Source: Burkholderiales bacterium (GTDB lineage Bacteria; Pseudomonadota; Gammaproteobacteria; Burkholderiales; SG8-41). From it: 64,000 bases of DNA. Shown in pieces: positions 48,411-58,608 of the stretch (the first letter of the stretch is position 1; each line of letters starts with the position of its first letter). The notes beneath the pieces are model-generated. The model made no database searches. It was not told the origin of the DNA and saw only the letters and a program-made list of their open reading frames with translations. Position numbers and translations under genes: made by a program. The stretch covers positions 1,433 through 65,432 of the forward strand of contig JAHCLD010000001.1 in NCBI GenBank assembly GCA_026125585.1, read 5' to 3'.

Positions 48411-48438
48411 TTGACAACATTGGAAAATATGTTAGTTT
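48411..48438 (+). promoter_or_regulatory. sigma-70-like promoter for the mshI-N assembly operon
   Basis: TTGACA - 16 nt - TAGTTT, 41 nt upstream of the ATG at 48479. Confidence 0.45.
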
Positions 48439-48478
48439 GGGAAAATTTTGTGACTTTGCGCACAGCGATCAGACGAAG

Positions 48479-49408
48479 ATGAGCTTTTTTGGTAAAAAAC
48501 AGCGACCGGGATGGTTGTGCCTCAATCTCCATGCGGATCGCATCGATCTGTCCCATGTGCTGGTCGAAGGCAAGCCGCGTCCCGAAATCCTGCTTTGCGA
48601 ATCGTTTCGCAAGGAGGGCAGCGACTTCGATACGTTGAGACGTTTGCGCAAGGAATTGAGTCTCGACCGTTACCAGTGCGCCACGCTGCTGAAGACGAAC
48701 GAATACCAGTTGCTGACCGTGGATGCGCCGAACGTGCCGGCGGCTGAAGCGAAGAACGCGTTGCGCTGGTCGATCAAGGACATGGTCGATTATCCGGTCG
48801 AGACCGCGGTGGTGGACGGGGTCCGCGTGCCGGGCGCCGAAAACGCGGGCCGTCCCGCCCAGATGCTGGCGGTCGCGACGCGCAACGAGGTGATTGCCGC
48901 CGCGGTGAAACCCTTCAACGACGCCGACATCGACCTCGAAGTGGTCGACGTGCCGGAGCTTGCCCAGCGCAATCTGGCCGCCCTGTTCGAGCAGGACGGG
49001 CGCGGACTGGCGATGCTCTGTTTCGGTGACAACGGCGCGCTGCTGACTTTCACCAGCGGCGGCGAGCTTTACCAGGCCCGCCGCATCGATGTGTCCCTTC
49101 GCGACTTTGTGCCGGGCGCGGACGAAGCCGAGCGCTACGACCGCATTGCGCTGGAACTGCAGCGTTCGCTGGACCATTTCGACCGCCAGTTCCGCAGCGT
49201 CTCGGTGTCGCGCCTGGTGATTTCGCCGGTGCCGGACGGCGCCCGCCTGGCGGAGTACCTGGGCGCGAACCTGACGGTGCCGGTGACCCTGCTCGACCTC
49301 GGGCAGGTCATGGATTTCCCGGGGGTGCCGGAGTTGCGCGATCCGCTGCGGCAGTCGCAATGCCTGCAGATGATCGGCGCATCGCTGCGGGAAGGAGCGG
49401 CCGTCTGA
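48479..49408 (+). CDS. mshI: MshI-like (PilM-like) pilus assembly protein
   Basis: ORF trimmed to MSFFGKKQRPGW. First gene of the assembly block. Family call rests on position plus recalled MshI N-terminal similarity. Confidence 0.7.
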   Translation: MSFFGKKQRPGWLCLNLHADRIDLSHVLVEGKPRPEILLCESFRKEGSDFDTLRRLRKELSLDRYQCATLLKTNEYQLLTVDAPNVPAAEAKNALRWSIKDMVDYPVETAVVDGVRVPGAENAGRPAQMLAVATRNEVIAAAVKPFNDADIDLEVVDVPELAQRNLAALFEQDGRGLAMLCFGDNGALLTFTSGGELYQARRIDVSLRDFVPGADEAERYDRIALELQRSLDHFDRQFRSVSVSRLVISPVPDGARLAEYLGANLTVPVTLLDLGQVMDFPGVPELRDPLRQSQCLQMIGASLREGAAV

Positions 49409-50067
49409 TGCGCCAGTACGTCAACCTGCTCGGCCCCGAATTTCGCAGGCAGCGGCAGTTCCTGACGCTGGGCCGCGCGCTGGCGCTGGTCGCCGTCGTC
49501 GCGGCGGTCATGGCCATGCTGCAGTTTCATGATGATCACCGGCTCGCCGGCCTGCGCGAGGAACTCGCTTCGGCGCAGACGCTGCTGAAGGCGCAGACGG
49601 CCTACACCGCGGGCCTGAAGGGCGAGGGCGCGGCGAAGCCGGGCAACACCGGACTCGATGCCGAAGTGCAGCGTCTGGAAGTGGAATTGAAGACGGCCCG
49701 CGAGAGCATGGCCGTGCTCGAGGGCGGCGGTCTCGGCAACCGTAACGGTTTCGCCGGTTACTTCCAGGCTTTTTCGCGGCAGGCGCTCGACGGTCTCTGG
49801 CTGACCGGATTCACGGTCGGCGGCGCCGGCGAGGTCGCGATACAGGGGCGGGTGATGGCGCCCGACCTGGTGCCGGCGTACATCCAGAAACTCAACAAGG
49901 AGCCGGTGTTGCAGGGACGCGAGTTTTCGGCGCTGGAAATGCGCCGGCCCGAGGCCGCGCCGGCCAAGGACGCCGGCGGCAAGGCCGAAGTGCCGCGGTA
50001 TATCGAGTTCGTGCTGGCGACCGTGAACGCCGCCGAGAAAACCGAAGCGGGCGGAGCGAAGAAATGA
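49408..50067 (+). CDS. PilN-like bitopic assembly protein (MshI2)
   Basis: MRQYVNLLGPEFRRQ followed by a single TM helix, the usual PilN-family start. TGATG junction. Confidence 0.65.
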   Translation: MRQYVNLLGPEFRRQRQFLTLGRALALVAVVAAVMAMLQFHDDHRLAGLREELASAQTLLKAQTAYTAGLKGEGAAKPGNTGLDAEVQRLEVELKTARESMAVLEGGGLGNRNGFAGYFQAFSRQALDGLWLTGFTVGGAGEVAIQGRVMAPDLVPAYIQKLNKEPVLQGREFSALEMRRPEAAPAKDAGGKAEVPRYIEFVLATVNAAEKTEAGGAKK

Positions 50068-50750
50068 TGCCCCAACTCCTCGAACACTGGCGTCAATGGA
50101 GCGCGCTGTTCAACGCGCGGTCGCTGCGCGAGCGGGCGCTGATGACGGGCCTGGGCGTGGCCGCCGTGGTATTGCTGTTCGATACGTTCTCCCTGTCGCC
50201 GATGGCGGTCCAGCACAAGCGCCTGTCCGGTCAGTTGACCGAAGTACGGGCGGCGATACGCGCCGGGGAAATGGCCTTGGCGGCCAATCGCGGTCAGGAA
50301 AATCCGGACGACGTGAAGCGGCGCTACCGCGACGAATTGCGCCGGCAGATCGCCCAGATCGATGAACGCCTGCAGGGATTGCAGAAGCAGTTGGTGCCGC
50401 CGGACCAGGTGTCCAGGCTGCTCGAGGGCGTCCTGGGCAAGGAGCGCGGACTGGTGCTGGTCAGCCTGCACAAGCTGCCGGTGCAGCGTTACCAGACCAA
50501 CGGTGCCGCCAAGGCGGCCGATCCCAAGACGCAGGAGGCGGACACCGGCCGCGGCATCTTCCAGCACAGTTTCGAGCTCCGGGTCGAGGGTTCGTACGCG
50601 GAGCTGCATGCCTATCTGAAGCGGCTGGAAGCCCTGCAGTGGCAGCTGTTCTGGGGCAAGGCCGAGCTGGATGCGACCGGCCATCCGCGGCTGCGCCTGA
50701 CGTTAACATTGCATACCCTCAGCCTGAACAAGGCATGGCTGGTGGTATGA
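50064..50750 (+). CDS. mshJ: PilO-like assembly protein (MshJ position)
   Basis: ATGA overlap. N-terminal TM helix then coiled coil. Confidence 0.65.
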   Translation: MMPQLLEHWRQWSALFNARSLRERALMTGLGVAAVVLLFDTFSLSPMAVQHKRLSGQLTEVRAAIRAGEMALAANRGQENPDDVKRRYRDELRRQIAQIDERLQGLQKQLVPPDQVSRLLEGVLGKERGLVLVSLHKLPVQRYQTNGAAKAADPKTQEADTGRGIFQHSFELRVEGSYAELHAYLKRLEALQWQLFWGKAELDATGHPRLRLTLTLHTLSLNKAWLVV

Positions 50751-51130
50751 GCGCGGCGATGATGAAACAGGGGCTGGCACTGGCGGGCATGCTGTTTGCC
50801 GCGGCGGCAGCGGCGCAGGGACTCGCGGATCCGACGCGGCCGCCGGCGGCGCTTGCGTCAGCGGGCAGCGGCGCGGCAGCGGGCGGTCCGGTGTTGCAGT
50901 CGGTGATGCTGTCGCCGGGACGTAAGGTGGCGATGATCAGCGGCGAAATGGTGGTATTGGGGGAACGCTACGGATCGGCGCGCCTGGTGCGGCTGACCGA
51001 AAGCGAGGCCGAGCTGAAGGATGGAACGGAAACCATCGTGCTCAGCCTTTATCCACAAGTGCGGAAACTTCCTGCGGGCAGGGTGCAGCGCGCCGAAACC
51101 AGGACCGGTACGGGTAAAACGAAAAAATGA
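50747..51130 (+). CDS. mshK: small periplasmic protein (MshK position)
   Basis: ATGA overlap. Signal peptide MSAAMMKQGLALAGMLFAAAAAAQG. Confidence 0.55.
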   Translation: MSAAMMKQGLALAGMLFAAAAAAQGLADPTRPPAALASAGSGAAAGGPVLQSVMLSPGRKVAMISGEMVVLGERYGSARLVRLTESEAELKDGTETIVLSLYPQVRKLPAGRVQRAETRTGTGKTKK

Positions 51131-52902
51131 ACATGACGAACAGGCGCAATGACATGCAACGATGGATGACCATCGCGATGATCGTGCTCTTCGCGGGCTG
51201 CGCGGATCTGCCGCAACGCCCCAACGCGGCGCAGGATACGATCCACAGGGAACTCGACCAGGCCGCGCGCGAGCGCAAGCCGGTGACACCGGAGGCGGTC
51301 AGCCAGGCCCTGCTGCCACCGCTGGTGGTGGAAATGCCGCGGGCCGACATCCAGAAACCCGAAACGCGCTTCGACCTGTCGGTGAATAACGCGCCGGCGG
51401 GCCAGGTGTTCATGGCCATCGTCTCGGGCACCCGTTACAGCATGGTGCTGCATCCCGACGTGAAGGGCGAGCTGTCGGTCAACCTGAAGGACGTCACGGT
51501 GACCGAGGCGCTGGACACCCTGCGCGATCTCTACGGTTTCGACTACAACCTGCAGGGCAGCCGCATCATCGTGCTGCCGGCGACGCTGCAGACGCGCATT
51601 TTCCAGGTCAATTACCTGCAGGCGCAGCGCCGCGGCCAGACCCAGACCCGGGTCAGCTCGGGTTCGATCACCGATGCGCCGTCGAGCCCGGGCACCCCGA
51701 CCGCGGGCAGCGTTCCGATACCGACGACCGGCCCGACCGGCGCCGGCAACACGCGGACGGCCGAAAGCACGCGGGTCACCACCAGTTCCGATTCGGATTT
51801 CTGGAGGGACATCCAGAAATCGCTGAGCGCCATTCTCGGCGGCGGCGAAGGCCGCAGCGTGGTGGTCAATGCGCAGTCGGGCGTGATCGTGGTCCGCGCG
51901 ATGCCGACCGAACTGCGCGGCGTCGAGCAGTTCCTCCGGTCGATGGAGGCGATCGTCGCGCGCCAGGTGGTGCTGGAAGCGAAGATCATCGAGGTCACGC
52001 TGCGCGACGGCTACCAGGCGGGCATCAACTGGGCGGGATTCCGCGACGGCAGCACCCGTATTGGCGCCGGTGTTCTTGCGCCGGGCGCGGTGCTCGATCG
52101 CAGCGGGGTCATCAGCGCGCCGACGGCGCGCTCCGCGGATGGCACGGTGTTGAGCAACTCGGCGCTGATCGGCGGGTCGGCCGGCGCCGTGGCCGGCGCC
52201 ATGGCATTGGGCACGGGCGCGGCGGGCGGTGTTTTCGGCCTGGCGCTGCAGACCAAGAATTTCGCGGCCCTGCTGTCCTTCCTCGAGACGCAGGGCGACG
52301 TGCAGATCCTCTCCAGCCCGCGCGTGGCGACGCTGAACAACCAGAAGGCGGTGCTCAAGGTCGGCACCGACGAGTACTTCGTCACCAACGTCAGCACGAC
52401 CTCGAGCACCAGCGGCACTAACACCGTTACGACGCCGACGATCACCGTCGCGCCGTTCTTCTCGGGCATCGCACTGGACGTGACGCCGCAGATCGACGGC
52501 AGCAACAACATCATCCTGCACATCCATCCGTCGGTGAGCAACGTGGTGGAGCGGCAGAAAATAATCAATCTGGGTACGTCCCTGGGCACGTTCACGCTGC
52601 CGCTGGCTTCCAGCGACGTCAACGAGACCGACACCATCGTGCGCGTGCAGGATGGCAACATCGTCGCCATCGGCGGGCTGATGCGACAGCAGTCGGTCAG
52701 CAACCGCAGCCAGGTGCCGGGCGTCGGCGATGCGCCGGGCATCGGCAATTTGTTCCGGCAGCGCGATTCCGGCAATGTGAAGAGCGAGCTGGTGATCCTG
52801 CTCAAGCCGACCATCATCCACAGCGACCGCAACTGGCAGGAAGACCTGGTGCAGACGCGGGACCGCATCCGTGCCATGGGCGCGCCGGAGCCGCAACGGT
52901 GA
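51127..52902 (+). CDS. mshL: pilus secretin lipoprotein (MshL)
   Basis: Lipobox LFAG/C. Secretin C-domain VPGVGDAPGIGNLFRQRDSGNVKSELVILLKPTII. Confidence 0.9.
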   Translation: MNMTNRRNDMQRWMTIAMIVLFAGCADLPQRPNAAQDTIHRELDQAARERKPVTPEAVSQALLPPLVVEMPRADIQKPETRFDLSVNNAPAGQVFMAIVSGTRYSMVLHPDVKGELSVNLKDVTVTEALDTLRDLYGFDYNLQGSRIIVLPATLQTRIFQVNYLQAQRRGQTQTRVSSGSITDAPSSPGTPTAGSVPIPTTGPTGAGNTRTAESTRVTTSSDSDFWRDIQKSLSAILGGGEGRSVVVNAQSGVIVVRAMPTELRGVEQFLRSMEAIVARQVVLEAKIIEVTLRDGYQAGINWAGFRDGSTRIGAGVLAPGAVLDRSGVISAPTARSADGTVLSNSALIGGSAGAVAGAMALGTGAAGGVFGLALQTKNFAALLSFLETQGDVQILSSPRVATLNNQKAVLKVGTDEYFVTNVSTTSSTSGTNTVTTPTITVAPFFSGIALDVTPQIDGSNNIILHIHPSVSNVVERQKIINLGTSLGTFTLPLASSDVNETDTIVRVQDGNIVAIGGLMRQQSVSNRSQVPGVGDAPGIGNLFRQRDSGNVKSELVILLKPTIIHSDRNWQEDLVQTRDRIRAMGAPEPQR

Positions 52903-52914
52903 CAGGCCCGCGCC

Positions 52915-53808
52915 ATGTACGAAGCGCATTTCGGGCTGCGTGAGCCGCCGTTCGGCATTACGCCGGACACCAGCTTCGCCTATGCCTGCAATTCCCACCA
53001 GGAAGCGCTGAACACGCTGCTCGTCGCGCTGCGCAACGGCGAAGGGTTTATGAAGATGACCGGCGAGGTCGGCACCGGCAAGACGCTGCTGTGCCGCCGT
53101 TTCCTGGGCGCGCTGGATCCGGCGCGTTTCGTTTCCGCCTACATCCCCAATCCCTACCTCGAGCCGCAGACGCTGATGTTTGCGCTGGCCGACGAGCTGG
53201 GCGTGAAGCTCGACCGCGGCGCCGACCAGCATCACCTGTTGCGGGAGCTCAACCACGCGCTGCTCGATTTCGCGCGCGCGGGCAAGACGGTGGTGGCCTG
53301 CATGGACGAGGCGCAGGCGATGCCGCAGGAGACGCTCGAAGCGCTGCGCCTGCTGACCAATCTCGAAACCGAGAAACGCAAGCTGCTGCAGGTCGTGCTG
53401 TTCGGCCAGCCCGAACTGGACCAGCGCCTCGCGCAGGAATCGGTCCGGCAGCTGCGCCAGCGCATCACCTTCCAGTACCGGCTCACGGCGCTGACCGTCG
53501 CCGAGGTAGAGCAATACCTGGCCCATCGCCTGCGGGTCGCGGGCTACCGCGGCAGCCGCCTGTTCATGCCGGCCGCGGTGCGCCGGCTGCACCGGGTAAG
53601 CCGGGGCGTGCCGCGGCTGGTCAACATCGTCGCCCACAAGTCCCTGCTGCTGGCCTTCGGCGAGGGCGTGCAGCAGGTGCAGCCACACCATGTGCGCAGC
53701 GCCGCCGCCGATACGCCGGCCGCGGCCTCGATGCCGCACCGCTGGTGGTTCGCCGCGGCCGCCGTCGTGCTGGCGGCGGGCGGCATCACGCTGGCCTGGA
53801 TGCGATGA
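52915..53808 (+). CDS. mshM: ExeA-like AAA+ ATPase (MshM)
   Basis: Walker A GEVGTGKT and Walker B VVACMDEAQ. Confidence 0.85.
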   Translation: MYEAHFGLREPPFGITPDTSFAYACNSHQEALNTLLVALRNGEGFMKMTGEVGTGKTLLCRRFLGALDPARFVSAYIPNPYLEPQTLMFALADELGVKLDRGADQHHLLRELNHALLDFARAGKTVVACMDEAQAMPQETLEALRLLTNLETEKRKLLQVVLFGQPELDQRLAQESVRQLRQRITFQYRLTALTVAEVEQYLAHRLRVAGYRGSRLFMPAAVRRLHRVSRGVPRLVNIVAHKSLLLAFGEGVQQVQPHHVRSAAADTPAAASMPHRWWFAAAAVVLAAGGITLAWMR

Positions 53809-54914
53809 GCGTCATCAACCAGATGCTGGCCGAACTCGAGCGGCGCCACGCTTCGGGCGCGGAGCGCGACCGCATTCCCGATCACGTGCGCGCGCTGCCC
53901 GGCGATGCGCAGTCGCGGCGCCTGCCGCTGACCGGCATTGCCGCGGTGCTGGCGGGCGTCGCGCTGCTGGCGGCGGGGGCCTGGTGGTGGATTTGGCAGG
54001 GTGCCGCCCTGCGGCCCGTTCCGGTGGCCGCGGGCCCGGCGCTGCAGGAAATGGTGCCGCAGGAGATGGCGCCGCGGCCGGAAGAGTGGATCGCGCGCCG
54101 CCTTACCCTCGATCTGCCACGGGAACCGGAGGCGGCCGCGGAAACGTCGATGCCGATCGCGACCGCGTCCATCGTGGCATCGCATGCCGCGGGTCCGGCA
54201 GTCATGCAGAAGCCGGCGGAATCCGCGCCCGCGCCCCGTCCGCCACAGAAGCCGCCCGTTGTCGAACGGGTAGCGCTGGAGAAAGTTTCGCCACCGGCGG
54301 CAAAGGCGGCGCAGCCGCCTGCCGAAATCGAAAAGCAGGTCCGCGAACCAACGCCCCGGCAACGCGCCGAAGCCGAATATGCACGCGGGACGGCGGCGCT
54401 GCACCGGGGACAATTCGCCGAGGCGCGCGACGCCTTCGAGGCGGCGCTGCAGATCGACGCAACGCATCACGCGGCGCGCCAGGCGCTGGTCGGCGTCCTG
54501 CTCGACGGCCGCCGCCAGGCGGATGCGGCGCGGGTGCTGCAGGAAGGCCTGCAACTGGCGCCCGCGCAGCACGGCTTCGCGATGACGCTGGCGCGGCTGC
54601 AGGTGGAGGCCGGGGAACTCGATGCCGGCGCGCAGACGCTGGCGCGCAGCCTCGAATATCCCGGCGCCAGCCCGGACCATGTCGCTTTTTACGCCGGACT
54701 GCTGCAGCGCCAGCAGAAGCATGCCGAGGCCGTCGTGCAGTTCCAGCAGGCGCTGGGCCGGCGCGGCGGCGTTGGCGTGTGGCTGCTCGGGCTGGGCGTT
54801 TCGCTGGAAGCGCTGGGGCGGATGGACGATGCACAGGAGGCTTATCGCGGCGCCAGGGCGAGCGGCAACCTGTCCGCCGACCTGCAGGCTTTTGCCGAGC
54901 AGCGCCTGCGCTGA
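53805..54914 (+). CDS. mshN: TPR-repeat assembly protein (MshN position)
   Basis: ATGA overlap. One TM helix, Pro/Ala-rich linker, C-terminal TPR repeats. Confidence 0.7.
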   Translation: MSVINQMLAELERRHASGAERDRIPDHVRALPGDAQSRRLPLTGIAAVLAGVALLAAGAWWWIWQGAALRPVPVAAGPALQEMVPQEMAPRPEEWIARRLTLDLPREPEAAAETSMPIATASIVASHAAGPAVMQKPAESAPAPRPPQKPPVVERVALEKVSPPAAKAAQPPAEIEKQVREPTPRQRAEAEYARGTAALHRGQFAEARDAFEAALQIDATHHAARQALVGVLLDGRRQADAARVLQEGLQLAPAQHGFAMTLARLQVEAGELDAGAQTLARSLEYPGASPDHVAFYAGLLQRQQKHAEAVVQFQQALGRRGGVGVWLLGLGVSLEALGRMDDAQEAYRGARASGNLSADLQAFAEQRLR

Positions 54915-54929
54915 ACGCCGCCGCGGCGG

Positions 54930-55637
54930 TCAGCCGCCGGCGGTACGCGCGATCACGTAACCCGTCACGCTGGAGGCGCCCGCGCGTTTCAGGTTGCGCG
55001 CGACCTCGCCGAGCGTCGCGCCGGTGGTGAGCACGTCGTCGACGACGGCGACGTGGCGGCCGTCGAGGCTGCCGAGCACGACAAAGGCGCCGCGGATGTT
55101 CTTGCGCCGCGTTTTCCAGGGCAGGCGGGTTTGCGGTGCCGTGTCGCGGGTCTTGATGCACAGCCCCGGGTCCACCGGGACATTCAGTTTTCTGCCGATG
55201 ATCCGCGCCAGTTCGAGCGCCTGGTTGAAGCCTCGTTCGCGCAGGCGCTGCGCGGTGAGTGGGACCGGCAGGATCAGGTCGGGGCGCGTCCGGATGCGCG
55301 GCAGGAGCAGCGCGGCCAGCGCCGGGCCGGTGGCGAGACGCCCGCCGTACTTGTAGGCCTGGATCAACCCGTCCAGCGGGAAGGCGTAACGGCAGGCGGT
55401 GACGATGCGGTCGTAATGCGGGGGTTCGGCGATGCAGCGGCCGCAGATGCCCGGGTCCGACAGCGGATGGGCGCAGATGCGGCAGGCCGCCGCATCCAGC
55501 CATGGCAGATCGCCGAGGCAGACTTCGCACAGGTTGCGACGGCCGGCGGGAGCGGCGCAGAGCAGGCAGCGGCTCGCCAGCATGCGCGCCAGTCTTGCCC
55601 CCAACTTGTCAAACAGATGATTTGCGCTATTTGACAA
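54930..55637 (-). CDS. comF: ComF-family phosphoribosyltransferase-domain protein
   Basis: N-terminal Cys clusters (CLLC, CEVC, CRIC, CGRC). PRTase loop [17 protein letters not shown] start (ATG alternative at 55583). Confidence 0.8.
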   Translation of the reverse strand: MSNSANHLFDKLGARLARMLASRCLLCAAPAGRRNLCEVCLGDLPWLDAAACRICAHPLSDPGICGRCIAEPPHYDRIVTACRYAFPLDGLIQAYKYGGRLATGPALAALLLPRIRTRPDLILPVPLTAQRLRERGFNQALELARIIGRKLNVPVDPGLCIKTRDTAPQTRLPWKTRRKNIRGAFVVLGSLDGRHVAVVDDVLTTGATLGEVARNLKRAGASSVTGYVIARTAGG

Positions 55638-55659
55638 GAATAAGGTCTTCCGCGATAAT

Positions 55660-55698
55660 GGATATATATAAGTATTTGTTTTTATTGATATTTTTAAG
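55660..55698 (-). repeat. AT-rich box copy F (inverted orientation)
   Basis: Minus strand reads cttaaaaatatcaataaaaacaaatacttatatatatcc. Lies in the comF/bioB divergent intergenic region. Confidence 0.8.
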
Positions 55699-55711
55699 AA
55701 AGCAGCCCGTC

Positions 55712-56716
55712 ATGGACACTGTCGTGGACATCCCCACCCTCAACGAAGCCGGCAACGTTTCCGCCGACACGCCCCGCTGGAGCGTGCCAGCCATCGAAGC
55801 GCTGTTCGCGCTGCCTTTCAACGATCTGCTGTTTCGCGCGCAGCAGGTGCACCGCGAACACTTCGATCCGAATGCGGTTCAGTTGTCGACGCTGCTGTCG
55901 ATCAAGACCGGGGGATGTTCCGAGGACTGCGGTTACTGTCCGCAGGCGGCGCGTTACCACACGGGTGTCGAGAACCAGGAAACCCTGTCCGTCGACGAGG
56001 TGCTTGCCGCGGCGAAACTGGCGCGGGAGAAAGGCGCAACCCGTTTCTGCATGGGCGCAGCCTGGCGCGGCCCGAAGCAGCGCGACCTCGACAAGGTCGT
56101 CGCGATGGTGAAGGCGGTCCGGGGCCTCGGCATGGAGACCTGCGCCACGCTGGGCATGCTGAAACCCGGCCAGGCCGAGCAACTGCGCGACGCGGGCCTC
56201 AATTACTACAACCACAACATCGACACCGCCGCCGACAACTACGCCAACATCATCACCACCCGCGAATATGACGACCGCATCGGCACCCTGGAACAGGTGC
56301 GCGAGGCGGGATTGCACGTCTGCTGCGGCGGCATCGTCGGCATGGGTGAAACGCGCACCGCGCGGGCGACGCTGATCGCACAACTCGCCAACATGAATCC
56401 CTATCCGGAGTCGGTGCCGATCAACAACCTGGTGCAGGTGCCGGGCACGCCGCTGTACGGCACGGAAGCCCTCGATCCGCTGGAGTTCGTGCGCACCGTC
56501 GCCTGCGCGCGCATCACCATGCCGAAGGCGGTGGTGCGCCTGTCCGCCGGCCGCCAGGAAATGGGCGACGCGATCCAGGCGCTGTGTTTCCTGGCCGGCG
56601 CGAATTCGATTTTCTACGGCGAGAAGCTGCTGACTACCGGCAATCCGGATGCCGACAACGACCAGGCGCTGTTTGCCCGGCTCGGCCTGCGGCCGATGAA
56701 TCCCGCGCTGTCCTGA
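55712..56716 (+). CDS. bioB: biotin synthase
   Basis: Radical-SAM [17 protein letters not shown] motif. Confidence 0.95.
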   Translation: MDTVVDIPTLNEAGNVSADTPRWSVPAIEALFALPFNDLLFRAQQVHREHFDPNAVQLSTLLSIKTGGCSEDCGYCPQAARYHTGVENQETLSVDEVLAAAKLAREKGATRFCMGAAWRGPKQRDLDKVVAMVKAVRGLGMETCATLGMLKPGQAEQLRDAGLNYYNHNIDTAADNYANIITTREYDDRIGTLEQVREAGLHVCCGGIVGMGETRTARATLIAQLANMNPYPESVPINNLVQVPGTPLYGTEALDPLEFVRTVACARITMPKAVVRLSAGRQEMGDAIQALCFLAGANSIFYGEKLLTTGNPDADNDQALFARLGLRPMNPALS

Positions 56717-56734
56717 GCCGCGCGGTTCCGGTTC

Positions 56735-57889
56735 GTGACGCTGCATGCCGAACTGGCCGCGGAGCTGGCGGATCGTGATGCCCGGGGCCTGCGGCGCCGG
56801 CGCCGGCTGCTGGCTTCGCCGCAGCGGGCGCATGTCGCCGTCGACGGCCGCGATTACCTCGCGTTCTGTTCCAACGATTATCTCGGGCTTGCGGCCGATC
56901 CGCGGCTGATCGCGGCGGCCCGGGCCGGCGCGGACCTTTACGGCGTCGGCGCCGGCGCGTCCCATCTGGTCCTCGGGCATGGCACGGCGCACCACCGGCT
57001 CGAGGAGGCGCTGGCCGGCTTCGTCGGACTGCCGCGGGCGCTGCTGTTCTCGACCGGCTACATGGCGAACATGGGCGTGATCAGTGCCCTTGCCGGGCGC
57101 GGCGACGCGCTGTTCGCCGACCGCCTGAACCATGCGTCCCTCAACGATGCGGCGCTGCTGTCGCGGGCAGCCTTCCGGCGCTATCCGCATAACGACCTGG
57201 CCGCGCTGGAACGCCTGCTCGCGGCCACCCCGGCGCGCCGCCGGCTGGTGATCGTCGATGCGGTTTTCAGCATGGACGGCGACATCGCGGCGGTGCCGGC
57301 GCTGCTCGACCTCTGCGCGCGCCATGATGCGTACCTGCTGATCGACGATGCCCACGGTTTCGGCGTGCTCGGCGCGCAGGGGCGCGGCACGCCGGCCCAC
57401 TTCGGCCTGGCTTCGGAGCGGCTGATCTACATGGCCACGCTGGGCAAGGCCGCCGGCGTTTCCGGCGCCTTCGTCGCCGGCAGCGAGACGCTGATCGAAA
57501 GCCTGCTGCAGAACGCCCGCACCTACATCTACACCACGGCCACGCCGCCCCTGCTGGCGCATGCGTTGCTCACCAGCCTGCAGATCATCCAGCAGGAGGA
57601 ATGGCGGCGCGAACGCCTGCGCGAACTGATCCGGCGGCTGAAGCAGGGGTTGCAGGATGCCCCCTGGCGTCTGCTGCCGTCGGACACGCCGATACAGCCG
57701 CTGCTGGTCGGCGGCAATGCCGAGGCGCTGGCGCTGTCGGCGCGGCTGGCCGCGCAGGGCCTGCTGGTGCCGGCGATCCGGCCGCCGACCGTGCCGCAGG
57801 GCACCGCGCGCCTGCGCATTTCGCTGTCGGCCGATCATGCGATGGAAGATGTGGACCGTCTGGTCGCCGCATTGCGGGAGCCGGCATGA
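56735..57889 (+). CDS. bioF: 8-amino-7-oxononanoate synthase
   Basis: 384 aa alpha-oxoamine synthase. PLP-Lys region [12 protein letters not shown]. Confidence 0.9.
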   Translation: MTLHAELAAELADRDARGLRRRRRLLASPQRAHVAVDGRDYLAFCSNDYLGLAADPRLIAAARAGADLYGVGAGASHLVLGHGTAHHRLEEALAGFVGLPRALLFSTGYMANMGVISALAGRGDALFADRLNHASLNDAALLSRAAFRRYPHNDLAALERLLAATPARRRLVIVDAVFSMDGDIAAVPALLDLCARHDAYLLIDDAHGFGVLGAQGRGTPAHFGLASERLIYMATLGKAAGVSGAFVAGSETLIESLLQNARTYIYTTATPPLLAHALLTSLQIIQQEEWRRERLRELIRRLKQGLQDAPWRLLPSDTPIQPLLVGGNAEALALSARLAAQGLLVPAIRPPTVPQGTARLRISLSADHAMEDVDRLVAALREPA

Positions 57890-58608
57890 GCGCGGCGGCC
57901 ACGCTGGTACTGCTGCATGGCTGGGGCGCGCATGGCGGCGTCTGGGCGGAAGTGTCGGCCCGGCTCGGCGGCCGGATCGCCGTGCAGGCGCCGGACATCG
58001 ACGGTGGCGGCAGCATGGACGATGCGGTGGACCGCCTGGCGGCCCGGTCGCCGGCCCGCTGCGTGGTGGCGGGCTGGTCGCTCGGCGGGCAACTGGCCTT
58101 GTCCTGGGCGCACCGCCACGCCGCGCAGGTGGCGGGACTGATCTTGCTGGCGGCGACGCCCCGGTTCGTTGCGGCGCCGGACTGGGAGCATGGCATGCCG
58201 GTGGAGGCATTCGAGGAATTTTCCGCCACGGCGGAGGTCGATGCCGCGGCTGCTCTGCGGAGATTCCGGCTGCTGGAAACCCGGGGCGACGCGCGCGCGC
58301 GCGCCGTGATCCGCGAGCTGGACCGGCTGCTGGATGTGCGGGCAGCGGCCGGCGCCGTGGCGCTTGCGCGCATGCTGGACTGGCTGCGGCGCACCGATCT
58401 GCGCAACCTGCTGCCGGCGGTCGGGCAGCCGGCGCTGGTCATCCACGGCGACCGTGACGGTGTGGTTGCGCCGGCCGCCGCGGATTTCATGGCCGGCCGG
58501 TTGTCTCGTGCCCGCATCGAACGCATTGCCGGCGCGGCCCACGTGCCCTTCGTTTCCGCGACCGATCGCGTGTGCGAACTGATGGCCGGGTTCTGCGATG
58601 GACACTGA
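57886..58608 (+). CDS. bioH: pimeloyl-ACP methyl ester carboxylesterase
   Basis: ATGA overlap. LVLLHGWG and the nucleophile elbow GWSLGG. Confidence 0.8.
   Translation: MSAAATLVLLHGWGAHGGVWAEVSARLGGRIAVQAPDIDGGGSMDDAVDRLAARSPARCVVAGWSLGGQLALSWAHRHAAQVAGLILLAATPRFVAAPDWEHGMPVEAFEEFSATAEVDAAAALRRFRLLETRGDARARAVIRELDRLLDVRAAAGAVALARMLDWLRRTDLRNLLPAVGQPALVIHGDRDGVVAPAAADFMAGRLSRARIERIAGAAHVPFVSATDRVCELMAGFCDGH

Noticed and set aside
54915-54929. Palindrome CCGCCGCGGCGG between the convergent mshN and comF.
   Set aside because: A 12-bp GC palindrome with no loop or U-tract. Too short and compositionally expected to call a terminator.
55638-55711. Looked for a BirA/bio-operator palindrome (TGTAAACC-type) in front of bioB.
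   Set aside because: No such dyad is present. The region is dominated by AT box F, so no biotin operator is claimed.
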